Made by a program: the position numbers and the translations under genes. Shown here one piece after another: positions 27,025-37,391 of a stretch of DNA of 53,443 bases. The stretch covers positions 1 through 53,443 of the forward strand of contig NZ_JBILAF010000001.1 of assembly GCF_044354325.1 (NCBI RefSeq). The letters are read 5' to 3'. Within the stretch, counting starts at the first letter, position 1, and each line of letters opens with the position of its first letter. The notes below the pieces were generated by a model. The model saw only the letters and a program-made list of their open reading frames with translations. It did no database searches and was not told the origin of the DNA. Origin of the DNA: Sphingorhabdus sp. GTDB taxonomy: Bacteria; Pseudomonadota; Alphaproteobacteria; Sphingomonadales; Sphingomonadaceae.

Positions 27025-27953
27025 TTCGCTTCTCCCACATGCGCGTCATCCATTTCCGCGGCGACGGCCTCACCCGCGATGGCCACGAACGCATCGTGCA
27101 GCCCCGGCCGTTCAATCGACAGCGATTTGACGCCCGCCTTGCCCTCGACCAGCGCCGTCAGCAGCGGCTCCACCCCGGTTTCGGGCAAGGTGAAATGCCA
27201 CCAATGCCCTTCTGCTTTGGTTTCAGCGGGCAACGCCGATCGCCATGGCCCGTCCAACGTTTCGGTTTCCAGATGCACCTGCGGCCGCAAGCGGTCACGC
27301 GCTTCGGATACCAACCCATCGAAACTGATTTTGCCCTTGGCGATAATGGCGATGCGTTCACACAACCGTTCGGCATGCGCGATGACATGGGTGGAGAAAA
27401 TCACCGTCACACCCTTGGCGGCTTGGGCGTGGATCATCTTTTCAAGCTTGGCTTGATTGAGCGCATCCAGCCCCGAAAACGGTTCGTCGAGTACGATCAG
27501 CTTTGGGTCATGAACGATTGTCCCCATCAGTTGCACCGTCTGGGCCATCCCTTTGGAAAGCTGCCTAATCTGCCGGTCCGCGGCATATCCAAGGCCAGCC
27601 TCTTCGAGCAAGGCCCGCCCTTTTTTCGCACCCTCTTTCAACGATAGCCCGCGCAGCGCGCCCATGAATGCAATCGTATCGACCGCGCGCATCGATTGAT
27701 ACAGGCCGCGTTCCTCCGGCAAATATCCGACGTTGCGGGACTGGGTTATCGGGCGGTCCGAACCCAGCAGGCTGCGGGTTCCGGCATCCGGATCAATGAT
27801 GCCAAGCAAAGTGCGCAACATGGTCGTCTTGCCAGCGCCATTCGGGCCCAAAATGCCAAAAATGCTGCCCTCCGGAATGTTCAGGTCGACCCCATCGACG
27901 GCACGAAAGCCATCGAATTGCTTTACGAGTCCCTTTGCCTCTATTGCGTACAT
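27021..27953 (-). CDS. ABC transporter ATP-binding protein
   Basis: GPNGAGKTT, LSKGM, LDEPFSGLD, STH. Start set to ATG 27953. Confidence 0.92.
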   Translation of the reverse strand: MYAIEAKGLVKQFDGFRAVDGVDLNIPEGSIFGILGPNGAGKTTMLRTLLGIIDPDAGTRSLLGSDRPITQSRNVGYLPEERGLYQSMRAVDTIAFMGALRGLSLKEGAKKGRALLEEAGLGYAADRQIRQLSKGMAQTVQLMGTIVHDPKLIVLDEPFSGLDALNQAKLEKMIHAQAAKGVTVIFSTHVIAHAERLCERIAIIAKGKISFDGLVSEARDRLRPQVHLETETLDGPWRSALPAETKAEGHWWHFTLPETGVEPLLTALVEGKAGVKSLSIERPGLHDAFVAIAGEAVAAEMDDAHVGEAK

Positions 27954-27999
27954 ACTGAATTGCCCCGGAGAGATGGTCGGTTCTGAATAAGGTTGGCGC

Positions 28000-29124
28000 G
28001 TGAAAAGAAACAACACAAATATAGTTAACGACTTGCGGGCCAAGGCGCAGAGTGAGGGTTTTGTCGCCTTTGGTATTGCGCCTGGTCACCTTGCGCCGCG
28101 CGCGGGGCTGCGACTGCGGCAGTGGATCGAGGAAGGCCGCCATGGCGACATGTTGTGGATGGAAAGCCGCGTCGATGAACGCGCCAATCCCGATATTTTA
28201 TGGCCCGAAGTAAAGTCCGTGATCATGCTGGGGATGAGCTATGCGCCGCCACATGATCCAATGGCGCTTGCGGGCGATGACACAAAGGCGCGCATTTCCG
28301 TCTATGCGCAAGGGCGCGACTATCATGATGTCGTAAAAGGCGCGCTCAAGCGGCTCGCTAGCTGGCTGGCCCACTCCGCAGAGGTCGGGGTCAAAGTGTT
28401 CGTTGATACCGCGCCGGTTATGGAAAAGGCACTGGCCGAAGTGGCGGGACTTGGCTGGCAAGGCAAGCACAGCAACATCGTCAGCAAAGAACATGGCAGC
28501 TGGCTGTTCCTTGGGGCGATTTATACGACGGCAGAGCTAGCGCCATCGGTTCCCGCGACCGACACATGCGGCTCGTGCCGGGCGTGTCAGGACATCTGCC
28601 CCACCAATGCCTTCCCCGCGCCATACCAGCTCGATGCCCGCCGATGCATCTCCTATCTCACCATTGAGCATAAGGGCCCCATAGACCGCGAACTACGTCC
28701 ATTGATGGGCAATCACATTTACGGCTGCGATGATTGTCTGGCCGTATGCCCGTGGAACAAATTTGCCGAGACGGCTGCAGCACATAAGGCATTTTTGCCC
28801 CGCGAAGGGCTGGTCGCGCCGCGCATTGCGGACCTTTTAGCTTTGGACGATACGCAGTTTCGTGCACTTTTTTCCGGCTCGCCCGTCAAGCGTATTGGCC
28901 GCGACCGCTTTGTGCGCAATGTGCTGACTGCGGCTGGCAATGGCCGTGACCTCGGCGTGCTGCCGTTGGTCGAGATGCTCATGGATGACACCTCACCCGT
29001 CGTCCGTGGTGCCGCAATCTGGGCGATGTCGCGGCTGTCGCCCGAGATTTTTGCGCGTGAAAAGCAGCTGCGCTTTGCCGACGAACTGGACCCGTCGGTT
29101 CGTGCCGAATGGATGCTGAGTTAG
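28000..29124 (+). CDS. queG: tRNA epoxyqueuosine(34) reductase
   Basis: ISVYAQGRDYH, FVDTAPVMEK, GLGWQGKH, two 4Fe-4S Cys clusters (CGSCRACQDICPT; YGCDDCLAVCPWN). Confidence 0.94.
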   Translation: MKRNNTNIVNDLRAKAQSEGFVAFGIAPGHLAPRAGLRLRQWIEEGRHGDMLWMESRVDERANPDILWPEVKSVIMLGMSYAPPHDPMALAGDDTKARISVYAQGRDYHDVVKGALKRLASWLAHSAEVGVKVFVDTAPVMEKALAEVAGLGWQGKHSNIVSKEHGSWLFLGAIYTTAELAPSVPATDTCGSCRACQDICPTNAFPAPYQLDARRCISYLTIEHKGPIDRELRPLMGNHIYGCDDCLAVCPWNKFAETAAAHKAFLPREGLVAPRIADLLALDDTQFRALFSGSPVKRIGRDRFVRNVLTAAGNGRDLGVLPLVEMLMDDTSPVVRGAAIWAMSRLSPEIFAREKQLRFADELDPSVRAEWMLS

Positions 29125-29137
29125 GGTCAGGACCTAG

Positions 29138-29530
29138 TCAGCGACGTTGCAAGGCATCAATGCAGGATGCCCGGTCCACCGCAGCGCCATCACTGCGTCG
29201 CGCATCCACATAAGTAACGATTTCGGTCCGGCCCTTGCCGTCGGGATAGAGAAACATATCAAGGACGCAGGCTTTGCCAACAAATTGTAACTTGCGGCCA
29301 TGAACCTCAACCACATCAAGCCGTGGTTCGCCAAAAAGGCGTTTCAACGTGGCGACATCCTTGCCCATGACTGCGTCTAGGCCCCTTGGTCCCATGGCAG
29401 GGCGAACGGGAATGGGCGGCGCAGTGCGTTGCACGGGTGCTGTCTGGCGGGTTTGCGCGTGTGCAAGAGGCGCAGATACAAAGCCTGCCAAAATCAACGC
29501 GATCGCGCTTGCGTTTATGGCGTGTTTCAT
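29138..29530 (-). CDS. Hypothetical exported protein
   Basis: Signal peptide (AHA), G.D...L..LFGEPRLD..E...RKLQF....CVLD.FLYP; overlaps the upstream gene's stop. Confidence 0.8.
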   Translation of the reverse strand: MKHAINASAIALILAGFVSAPLAHAQTRQTAPVQRTAPPIPVRPAMGPRGLDAVMGKDVATLKRLFGEPRLDVVEVHGRKLQFVGKACVLDMFLYPDGKGRTEIVTYVDARRSDGAAVDRASCIDALQRR

Positions 29531-30192
29531 ATCGCTCTGCTTCCCGAATGGACCAGGTGCACGGCCATTGCCGTAGCAAGCACGGGCACCAGCAAGTTGA
29601 AAAACGGGATCAGCATGCCAACGGTGCCAATGAAGCCAAGCAAGAGGCGCGGCAGTTTCTGGATGCTGCCTTGCGATGCGCCATGGCGGGCAATCAGCAT
29701 ATCTTCCAAATCCTTGCCCAAAAGGAGCGCGTTGAGGAGCATGAAGGCGATCGCCGTGCCGATGCCCGTGACCAGCAAGACGATATACAGCGGCAAGGCG
29801 AGGAGATTGTAACCCACCACCCGCGCGATTGATCGCACCGCCATATGCACGCCAGCGCCGAAGCCCGGACGCTTTCCAAACGCAGCTTTCTGGGGATAGT
29901 AACGGTCTTCAACCGCATCGATAATATCGTCGGCAAAGATCCATGTGATTGCGACGGCAACCACCCGGAAAAGCAGAAAAGCCGAAATCGGGATGAGGGC
30001 CAGCGACAAGAAGGTCGACAGATATTCGCCATTTTGAATGTTGAGCCATTCAAAAAGCCGATCGAGCGCAAACCACATGCCGACGCCCAATAAAAGGAAG
30101 CTGGCAAAGCTACACAACACCACTTTGATGAGCAGCATTGCTACGCGCCTGTCCGAAAGGCTTTGGAACGAAAGCTGGAGCGCTTGTATCAT
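29527..30192 (-). CDS. EI24/CysZ-like membrane protein
   Basis: Four to five TM segments, FADDIIDAVE..YYP, IPFFNLLVPVLATAMAVH. Confidence 0.8.
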   Translation of the reverse strand: MIQALQLSFQSLSDRRVAMLLIKVVLCSFASFLLLGVGMWFALDRLFEWLNIQNGEYLSTFLSLALIPISAFLLFRVVAVAITWIFADDIIDAVEDRYYPQKAAFGKRPGFGAGVHMAVRSIARVVGYNLLALPLYIVLLVTGIGTAIAFMLLNALLLGKDLEDMLIARHGASQGSIQKLPRLLLGFIGTVGMLIPFFNLLVPVLATAMAVHLVHSGSRAI

Positions 30193-30266
30193 GTCGCGCT
30201 TCTAAAGCGCTTGCCCGAAATGTCCAACCCCAGTAGGGCGCGGCGAGCTTACATATAGGAAAATTC

Positions 30267-31262
30267 ATGACTGAAAGCCGCTTCGACGTCCTCGCCATTG
30301 GCAACGCAATTGTTGATATCATTGCCAACACCGACGATGCTTTTATCGACAGCGAAGGCCTGACCAAAGGCAGCATGCAGCTGATTGATGAGGAACGTGC
30401 ACAGGCATTATATGCGCACATGGGTCCTGCCCGTGAAATCAGCGGTGGCTCTGCCGCAAATACCTTGGCCGGGCTTGCGCGGCTTGGACATAAAACAGCA
30501 TTTATCGGGCAGGTCGCAAATGATCAGCTTGGCCAAGTGTTCGCACATGACATTCGTGCGGGCGGTATCCATTTCGATATTCCTGCACGTGATGGCGCGC
30601 CTTCGACCGCACGTTGCTACATTCTCGTCACGCCAGATGCGCAGCGGACGATGAATACCTTTTTGGGCGCGTCGCAATATCTGCCTGCCACACTGGTCGA
30701 CAAGTCGCTGATCGAAAGCGCGGCTATATTATATCTGGAAGGCTATTTGTGGGATCCTGAGGAGCCACGTGCAGCGATGCGCACCGCCATCGATGTCGCG
30801 CGTGCCGCGGGTCGCAAGGTTGCGCTGACATTGTCCGACGCATTTGTCATTTCGCGCCATGGACCAGACTTTTTGGCCGAAATGGAAGCGGGCCGCATCG
30901 ACATATTGTTTTCGAATGAAGTCGAAATTTGTGCGCTCAACAACAGCGATGATTTCGAAGCATCGGTCGCGGCCATCGCGGCGAAGGTTCCGTTATTGGT
31001 CTGCACGCGCGGCGAACATGGCGCCATCGCCATCGAAAATGGCGTGCGTACCGAAGTTGGCGCAGAACCTGTCGACCAATTGGTCGACACAACAGGTGCG
31101 GGTGACTTGTTCGCATCAGGTGTGTTTGCCGGGATAGCGCAGGGCCGCCCGATGGCCGAATGCCTTGTCATGGGTGCAGTTTGCGCTGCCGAGATTATTT
31201 CGCATTATGGCGCGCGGCCAGAAGCGGATATCGCAGCGCTTGTTGCCAAGCGTCTGGCTTAA
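30267..31262 (+). CDS. Adenosine kinase (PfkB family)
   Basis: GNAIVD, SGGSAANT, RTMNTFLGA, YLEGYLWD, DTTGAGDLFA. Confidence 0.92.
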   Translation: MTESRFDVLAIGNAIVDIIANTDDAFIDSEGLTKGSMQLIDEERAQALYAHMGPAREISGGSAANTLAGLARLGHKTAFIGQVANDQLGQVFAHDIRAGGIHFDIPARDGAPSTARCYILVTPDAQRTMNTFLGASQYLPATLVDKSLIESAAILYLEGYLWDPEEPRAAMRTAIDVARAAGRKVALTLSDAFVISRHGPDFLAEMEAGRIDILFSNEVEICALNNSDDFEASVAAIAAKVPLLVCTRGEHGAIAIENGVRTEVGAEPVDQLVDTTGAGDLFASGVFAGIAQGRPMAECLVMGAVCAAEIISHYGARPEADIAALVAKRLA

Positions 31263-32755
31263 TCCTTTTTCTTGCGGAACAGTACCCGGTCTTCCGGGCC
31301 AAAGCCCCAGCGCCAGATAATCCAGCCATAAAGGCCAAGGACTGCAGGCACGCCGATTGCCAGCTCCACCCATTCCAGACGGGCAGGGACGCTGACGATA
31401 GCCATGCCCAGCAATGCTGCCGCGGCGACCGCAACCAGCAAGGCCCAACGCCACACGCGGATGCGCTGTCCCAATAACCGTGACAGCAATCGCGATTTGA
31501 TGAGCGAGCCAAGACCAAGCGATATCATCAGCCCGCAGGCAACGGCCGCCGCCTGATATAGGCCAACATATTCGGGCTTAACGGGGATATCATCGACCAG
31601 CATGATAAGGCCGACGCTCACCAAAGTTTGCACGGCCAACATCCCGATTGAAATCAGCAGGTTCCGGTGACGGGCCATATATACCAACGCGGATTCACTG
31701 ACGACCGCCGTGGCCGCCGCAACTTCCGCCGCCAGCAAAAAGGCAAGCGCCGCTGCTCCGCCGACAAATTCGGGACCCATCAATCCCATGACCGCTTCGC
31801 CGGGGATACCAAGCGCCAGTGCAATTCCGGCCTGTGCCGCGATAATCCAGAAACCGACCTGGCCAACATGTTTGGCGATTTCGGCATAATTGCGGGTCTG
31901 TAAATTGCGCGTGATGACGGGCCCCAATATCGGGTCAAAGCTGGTTTTAAGCTTCTGCGGCAGGCTCGCCACCTGTTGGGCGACATAATAGATACCCACC
32001 ACTGCGGGCGATGCAAATAGGCCCAATATGGCAAGGTCCAGCCGCCTGCTGCCCCATTCTGCGGCGTCCGCTGCGGCCAATGGCAGGTTGCGTTGGGCAA
32101 TCACCAAAGAACGCTTCACACTTGGCCGCCATCCGCGCGCAAAGCCATAGCTGCGCCACAAGGGCCACAGGGCAAACAACAATGCAGCAGCCAGCGAAGC
32201 GACATAGGACAGGATCAAACCATCACGCGCGGAATAGAAATAGAGCGCGCCCGCCGCGATGCTGATTGTCCACGGTTCAACGATGGCGCGTGCCCGCACG
32301 GTCGATGCGATATCGAATTTATAGGCCAAAGCCGACAAGGCAATGTCCGTTGCGACGATGGCAAAAATGGCGAGCGGCAGAAACCGGTCGAGCCCGTTAA
32401 TGCCGCTGTTGGGAAACATCAGCTCGGGCAGCATGATCAAAAATGCAGCGCCGACCGCTGATGCTGCCATCGCCGCGAAAAGCGCATCCGCAATCATGTG
32501 GGCATGCGGGCGGTCATCCTTCGCAAGCAATTCGGCCAGCCCGCGGCGCAGGCCAAGCGAAGCAAGCTGCGCGGCAAATTCGATAATCAGGATGGCATAG
32601 GCAAAGCGGCCAAGTGCTTCGGGACCATAAAGTCTGCCCGCGATAAACAAGAATGGGATACGGGCGGCCAACCGCAAAAGAAAACCAAATACATTCGTCC
32701 GCCCACCCTTTGCGAGTGCCTGAATATCTTCTTCGTCGGTTCTGGCTGCAGTCAA
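31259..32755 (-). CDS. MOP-superfamily (Wzx/MurJ-like) flippase
   Basis: 498 aa, ~12-14 TM segments, LYGPEALGRFAYA, VGIYYVAQQ. Confidence 0.8.
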   Translation of the reverse strand: MTAARTDEEDIQALAKGGRTNVFGFLLRLAARIPFLFIAGRLYGPEALGRFAYAILIIEFAAQLASLGLRRGLAELLAKDDRPHAHMIADALFAAMAASAVGAAFLIMLPELMFPNSGINGLDRFLPLAIFAIVATDIALSALAYKFDIASTVRARAIVEPWTISIAAGALYFYSARDGLILSYVASLAAALLFALWPLWRSYGFARGWRPSVKRSLVIAQRNLPLAAADAAEWGSRRLDLAILGLFASPAVVGIYYVAQQVASLPQKLKTSFDPILGPVITRNLQTRNYAEIAKHVGQVGFWIIAAQAGIALALGIPGEAVMGLMGPEFVGGAAALAFLLAAEVAAATAVVSESALVYMARHRNLLISIGMLAVQTLVSVGLIMLVDDIPVKPEYVGLYQAAAVACGLMISLGLGSLIKSRLLSRLLGQRIRVWRWALLVAVAAAALLGMAIVSVPARLEWVELAIGVPAVLGLYGWIIWRWGFGPEDRVLFRKKKD

Positions 32756-32796
32756 TGGATCGCCTCTTTTGGTACGCTAGCGGATTAGGTCCGCCG

Positions 32797-33792
32797 TTAC
32801 CAGCTTTCGGACTTGAGCGGGCGTGCCAGCAATTCGGCCACGACGGCATCGACGGTCGCTGATCCCAAAAGCAGTGCGCATACGGCGCTTACGATGGGCA
32901 TTTCGACATCAAGCGTGGTTGCCGACTGTAACAGGACCGGCGCGGTATATGCGCCTTCGGCAACCGTCTTGCGGTCTGCGAGTAGGCTTTCAGCTGATTG
33001 GCCTTGTCCAAGGCCACGGCCCAACGAAAAGTTACGCGAATTTTCAGAGCTGCACGTCAGGACCAGATCGCCCAATCCGGACAAGCCCGCGAGCGTCTCA
33101 GCCTTTGCACCGCGCGCAAGGCCATATCGCTGCATCTCGGCAAAGCCGCGCGCAATCAATGCCGCACGCGCGTTGAGGCCAAGACCTGCGCCATCGACGA
33201 CACCGCATGCAATTGCGAGCACGTTTTTAACAGCGCCGCCAATTTCCGCGCCGACAACATCATCAGACCAATAGGGACGGAAAGACGGTGTGGCGATCCG
33301 GCGCATCAATGCCGAACCCAGCGTCTGATCGGCCGTCGCGAGCGTGACCGCTGTGGGCTTTCCAGCAGCCACCTCATGCGCAAATGTGGGGCCTGATAGC
33401 ACGGCTATCGGATTGCCCGGGCGCGTTGTCGCCGCGACATCGGACACCAGCATTTGAGTATCGGCCTCAATGCCTTTGGCGCACAGGATCAGCGGCGCCT
33501 GCGTATCCGGCAGCGCCGACAGCGTGGCACGCACATGCTGGGCCGGGGTCACGATGAGCAAATTTTCACATGCGATCATGCGGGCGAGGTCGGCTGTCGC
33601 CTCAATTTTTGGTGACAATGATGTGCCCGGCAAAAACAGGCTGTTTTCGTGTAGGTTGTTTATGCTTTGCACGGCCTCTTCTTCGCGGGCCCAGATGAGG
33701 ACGTCATCATGGATTTGCGCCATGACGGCGGCCAGCGCGGTGCCCCATGCGCCGCCACCAATGATACCAACCGGATAGGGCATCTGGCTCAT
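32797..33792 (-). CDS. gpsA: NAD(P)H-dependent glycerol-3-phosphate dehydrogenase
   Basis: [45 protein letters not shown]. Confidence 0.95.
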   Translation of the reverse strand: MSQMPYPVGIIGGGAWGTALAAVMAQIHDDVLIWAREEEAVQSINNLHENSLFLPGTSLSPKIEATADLARMIACENLLIVTPAQHVRATLSALPDTQAPLILCAKGIEADTQMLVSDVAATTRPGNPIAVLSGPTFAHEVAAGKPTAVTLATADQTLGSALMRRIATPSFRPYWSDDVVGAEIGGAVKNVLAIACGVVDGAGLGLNARAALIARGFAEMQRYGLARGAKAETLAGLSGLGDLVLTCSSENSRNFSLGRGLGQGQSAESLLADRKTVAEGAYTAPVLLQSATTLDVEMPIVSAVCALLLGSATVDAVVAELLARPLKSESW

Positions 33793-34823
33793 GCCTTCAC
33801 GCCCGCACCGCGTGCGGGTGCCGCGTTGGGATCCAGCGGCCAGCGCGGCCGTGCCACAAAATCAAGGCCATCGGTCAGACCCATCGCAAATCTCTCCGCG
33901 CCAGCCCATGCGATCATCACGCCATTGTCGGTGCACAGCCACAATGGCGGCGCGACAAAACGCATGCCGCGGCTTGCGGCGAGCTGCTGGAGCATATTGC
34001 GGATGGGTACATTTGCCGCGACGCCGCCTGCGACAACCAGTGCCGCAGGCGCATCAATACGATCCAGCGTATAGCGTATCCGGTCGTAGAGGCAGTCGAT
34101 AACGGCTTGCTGAAAGGATGCGGCAATATCTTCGACTTTATACTGTCCAGTCTCATGCGCGCGCAGCACGGCGCTTTTCAGGCCAGCAAAGGAAAAATGC
34201 GGTTCATCAGCGCCTTTTAACGGGCGGGGTAGCGGCACATTTTTCGCGTTGCCTAACGCGGCTGCGCGTTCGACGGCTGGTCCCCCGGGAAAGCCCAGGC
34301 CCAAAATCTTCGCCGTTTTGTCGAAAGCTTCGCCCACCGCATCGTCGATGGTGGTGGCCAACCGGTTATAGTCGCCGACGTTATTGACCCGCAGCAACTG
34401 ACAATGGCCGCCAGACACCAGCAGAAGCAGATAAGGAAATGAAAGATCTGCATCAATCAACCGCGGCGAAAGCGCGTGGCCTTCAAGATGGTTGACGGCG
34501 ATCAGCGGCTTTCCCGACGCCATGGCAAGCGCCTTTGCCGTCACAAGCCCAACCATGACACCGCCAATAAGGCCGGGGCCAGCCGTTGCGGCAATGGCAT
34601 CGACATCATCTAACGTCATGCCTGCATCCGCGAGCGCGGTTTCCACCAAGGGGGTCATCAGCTCGGCATGCGCGCGCGCGGCGATTTCGGGAACGACGCC
34701 ACCGAATGCGCGGTGATGATCTTCCTGGCCAGCCAAGGCATGGCTCAAAATCGTCCGGTCGGAACGCACAATTGCCGCTGCGGTTTCGTCGCAGCTGGAT
34801 TCAAGACCAAGGATGATTGCCAT
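33789..34823 (-). CDS. tsaD: tRNA threonylcarbamoyladenosine biosynthesis protein TsaD
   Basis: [49 protein letters not shown]. Confidence 0.96.
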   Translation of the reverse strand: MAIILGLESSCDETAAAIVRSDRTILSHALAGQEDHHRAFGGVVPEIAARAHAELMTPLVETALADAGMTLDDVDAIAATAGPGLIGGVMVGLVTAKALAMASGKPLIAVNHLEGHALSPRLIDADLSFPYLLLLVSGGHCQLLRVNNVGDYNRLATTIDDAVGEAFDKTAKILGLGFPGGPAVERAAALGNAKNVPLPRPLKGADEPHFSFAGLKSAVLRAHETGQYKVEDIAASFQQAVIDCLYDRIRYTLDRIDAPAALVVAGGVAANVPIRNMLQQLAASRGMRFVAPPLWLCTDNGVMIAWAGAERFAMGLTDGLDFVARPRWPLDPNAAPARGAGVKA

Positions 34824-34865
34824 TGCGCTTTCCCATAGGTGGACGTGGCGCTATGAACAAGTCGC

Positions 34866-35801
34866 ATGACAATGATATCGTTTTCCTCCGACCGTCCGTT
34901 ACGCATCGGAACACGCCGGTCTCCGCTCGCTTTGGCGCAGGCGGAGATGACGATGGCTGCCATCAAAGCGGCGCATAATCTGCCCGATGATGCCGTGGTC
35001 TTGGTCCCGATGCTCGCCACAGGTGACAAGATTCAGGACCGGCCGCTTGCCGAAATCGGTGGCAAGGCGCTGTGGACCAAAGAGCTGGAACGTGCGCTGA
35101 TCGATGACCAGATCGATATCGCGGTGCATTCGATGAAAGATGTTGAGACCGTGCGTGCAGACATTTTTGACATCGCCGCCATGCTGCCGCGCGCGGATGT
35201 GCGCGACCGATTGATTGGTGCCGCGTCGTTGGACGAACTGAAGCATGGTGCGCGGGTCGGGACATCCAGCCCACGCCGCGCGGCGCAACTGCAACGTGCC
35301 CGTCCTGATGTGCGGATCGTCCCCTTGCGCGGCAATGTCGCAACCCGTCTGGCGCATATTGAAAATGGTGACGCGGACGCGACACTTTTGGCGGCGGCCG
35401 GGTTGGACCGGTTGGGCATGGCTAATGTCGGCGCGCCATTACCGCTGAGCCAGTTTTTGCCGGCGGCATCGCAGGGTGCTGTGGGCATTGACCGGTTGAC
35501 CAGCCGCAATGAGCTCGTCCCGTTTTTGGCGGCAATCAACGATGTGGAAACCTTTGTCGCCGTCCATGCCGAGCGCGCCTTGCTTGAGGCATTGGGCGGC
35601 AATTGCCATTCACCCATCGCCGCATTGGCGCAGGTCGAAGGTGCCCAAATTCGCTTGAAAGGTGAAGTTTTCACCGCGGATGGCCGGGAAATGCACGCGG
35701 GCGAAATCGTCTATGATGCGTCCAGCGATGGTCCGGCACAATTGGCAGATCAATTGCTGGCAAACGCCAGCGATGCACTGCGGAGCATGTTCGCTTCGTG
35801 A
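34866..35801 (+). CDS. hemC: Hydroxymethylbilane synthase
   Basis: IGTRRSPLALAQ, GGKALWTKE, AVHSMKD, GTSSPRR, RGNV.TRL, GGNC..PI. Confidence 0.96.
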   Translation: MTMISFSSDRPLRIGTRRSPLALAQAEMTMAAIKAAHNLPDDAVVLVPMLATGDKIQDRPLAEIGGKALWTKELERALIDDQIDIAVHSMKDVETVRADIFDIAAMLPRADVRDRLIGAASLDELKHGARVGTSSPRRAAQLQRARPDVRIVPLRGNVATRLAHIENGDADATLLAAAGLDRLGMANVGAPLPLSQFLPAASQGAVGIDRLTSRNELVPFLAAINDVETFVAVHAERALLEALGGNCHSPIAALAQVEGAQIRLKGEVFTADGREMHAGEIVYDASSDGPAQLADQLLANASDALRSMFAS

Positions 35802-36523
35802 AGGTGCTGATTATCCGGCCGCAACCAGGGGCAGATGCCACCGCCCGCCGCTTTACGGCCGCAGGATATACGCCAGTGCTTATGCCACTGTTCGCCATTG
35901 AACATCTGCCGCCGCCATCGGTATCGGTTGACCGATATGATGCGATTATGTTGACCAGCGGCAATGCCGCGCGCGCCGCATGCGGATTTTTGGAAAACGC
36001 GCGCGACACTCCGATCTATGCGGTCGGTAGCGCGACCGCCAGCGCGTTGGCCAATTTGGCTTTACCTGTTGCTGCGACCGGATCCAATGGCGTGGAGGCA
36101 CTTGTTGGCGTTGCTGCTGCAGACGGCCACAAAAAGCTCTTATGGCTTGCAGGCGAAGACCACAGCGCTGTTCCGCAGATTGCTGGCGTCCATATCGATA
36201 TAGCTATCGTGTACCGAAGCGCGGTACTGGAAACGCCAGCGGACTTCGCCGCGCAGGTTGCGCAATGCGATGCAGTCATCCTGCATTCGTCACGCGCGGC
36301 GGCGCACTTTGCTGGTCTGTGCGATGCGGGCGGCCTATCGCGGAGCAAAATCACGCTCGCGACGTTTTCGAACGCTATCGCCGCAAGCGCGGGCGACGGC
36401 TGGGCACAGATAATTGTCGCCGCCTCACCAAATGACGCTGCGTTAATGGATGCAATAGGGCAGCATTTTACAAGGATGGATTGCGCCCCGCCGCCGAATG
36501 CCGCTATTGAAGGAGCATCATGA
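35798..36523 (+). CDS. hemD: Uroporphyrinogen-III synthase
   Basis: LIIRPQPGA, TSGNA, YAVG.ATA, VY, HSSRAA; GTGA overlap with hemC. Confidence 0.9.
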   Translation: MKVLIIRPQPGADATARRFTAAGYTPVLMPLFAIEHLPPPSVSVDRYDAIMLTSGNAARAACGFLENARDTPIYAVGSATASALANLALPVAATGSNGVEALVGVAAADGHKKLLWLAGEDHSAVPQIAGVHIDIAIVYRSAVLETPADFAAQVAQCDAVILHSSRAAAHFAGLCDAGGLSRSKITLATFSNAIAASAGDGWAQIIVAASPNDAALMDAIGQHFTRMDCAPPPNAAIEGAS

Positions 36524-37356
36524 CCGATTTTCAAACAGCGACCGCGACATCACGCCGTGGATTCACATTCAAGCACATCATGCTGCTTATTTTATGTGCC
36601 TTCGTCGGCGGCGCTATTGTCGCTTATGTGATCGCCGACAAATATGGTTTTCTGACACCATCTGATGCCCCCGTGGCGGCCGAGTCATCCACTGGGGCAG
36701 CGGGCAATGTGGCCACCACAGATGCTAGCGTTATAGCACAGCCGGTTACGGACCAAATGGTTCCAACTTTCCCATCACCCAATATGCTCTCGCCCGAAGC
36801 CGCGCGCGCGGATGGGCTGCTGCTCATTTATGCGGTGCGCCGCACGATTGATAAGGGTGCGCCGCTGGGCGCTCTTGCCGAACAGTTGCGCCTGCGTTTT
36901 GGCGCGACCCAGCCGCAATCCGTTGCCGCGGTGCTATCGGCTGGGCAAGCGCCCGTCACGATTGATGCCCTGAAAACCGAATTGCGCGGACTTGTGCCGG
37001 TGCTTTTGACGGGCAATCGAGACGACAGCACATGGGCGACGGTGAAGCGGGAATTGTCGGAACTGTTCGTGCTGCGCAAAGAAAACGGACCGTCACTCGC
37101 GCCAAACGAACGGCTGATCCGCGCCGAAGCGCTGGTCGATGCAGGGAAGCTTGACCTCGCGGTGGAGGAAGTTGCGGCTTTGCCCGGCGCGTCCATCGCA
37201 CAATCATGGATAGCGCGGGCCAAACGGTTCAGCGATGCGCGTAAAGCGCTCGACCGGCTGGAACAGGTCGCCATCCTTCAACCCGTCGCGGTTCCCGTCA
37301 TCGTCGCGCCCTCGGTTGAGACCGCACCGTCGAACGTTCCCGTTCCAACCCCCTGA
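36520..37356 (+). CDS. Mic60/mitofilin-like inner membrane protein
   Basis: N-terminal TM; C-terminal ELSELFVLR...ERL.RAE.L..AG.LD.AV.EV..LPGA..A..W..RA; located right after hemC-hemD. Confidence 0.7.
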   Translation: MTDFQTATATSRRGFTFKHIMLLILCAFVGGAIVAYVIADKYGFLTPSDAPVAAESSTGAAGNVATTDASVIAQPVTDQMVPTFPSPNMLSPEAARADGLLLIYAVRRTIDKGAPLGALAEQLRLRFGATQPQSVAAVLSAGQAPVTIDALKTELRGLVPVLLTGNRDDSTWATVKRELSELFVLRKENGPSLAPNERLIRAEALVDAGKLDLAVEEVAALPGASIAQSWIARAKRFSDARKALDRLEQVAILQPVAVPVIVAPSVETAPSNVPVPTP

Positions 37357-37391
37357 GTTACCCGCTTGAACCCAATGGCGGGTGAAGCGGC

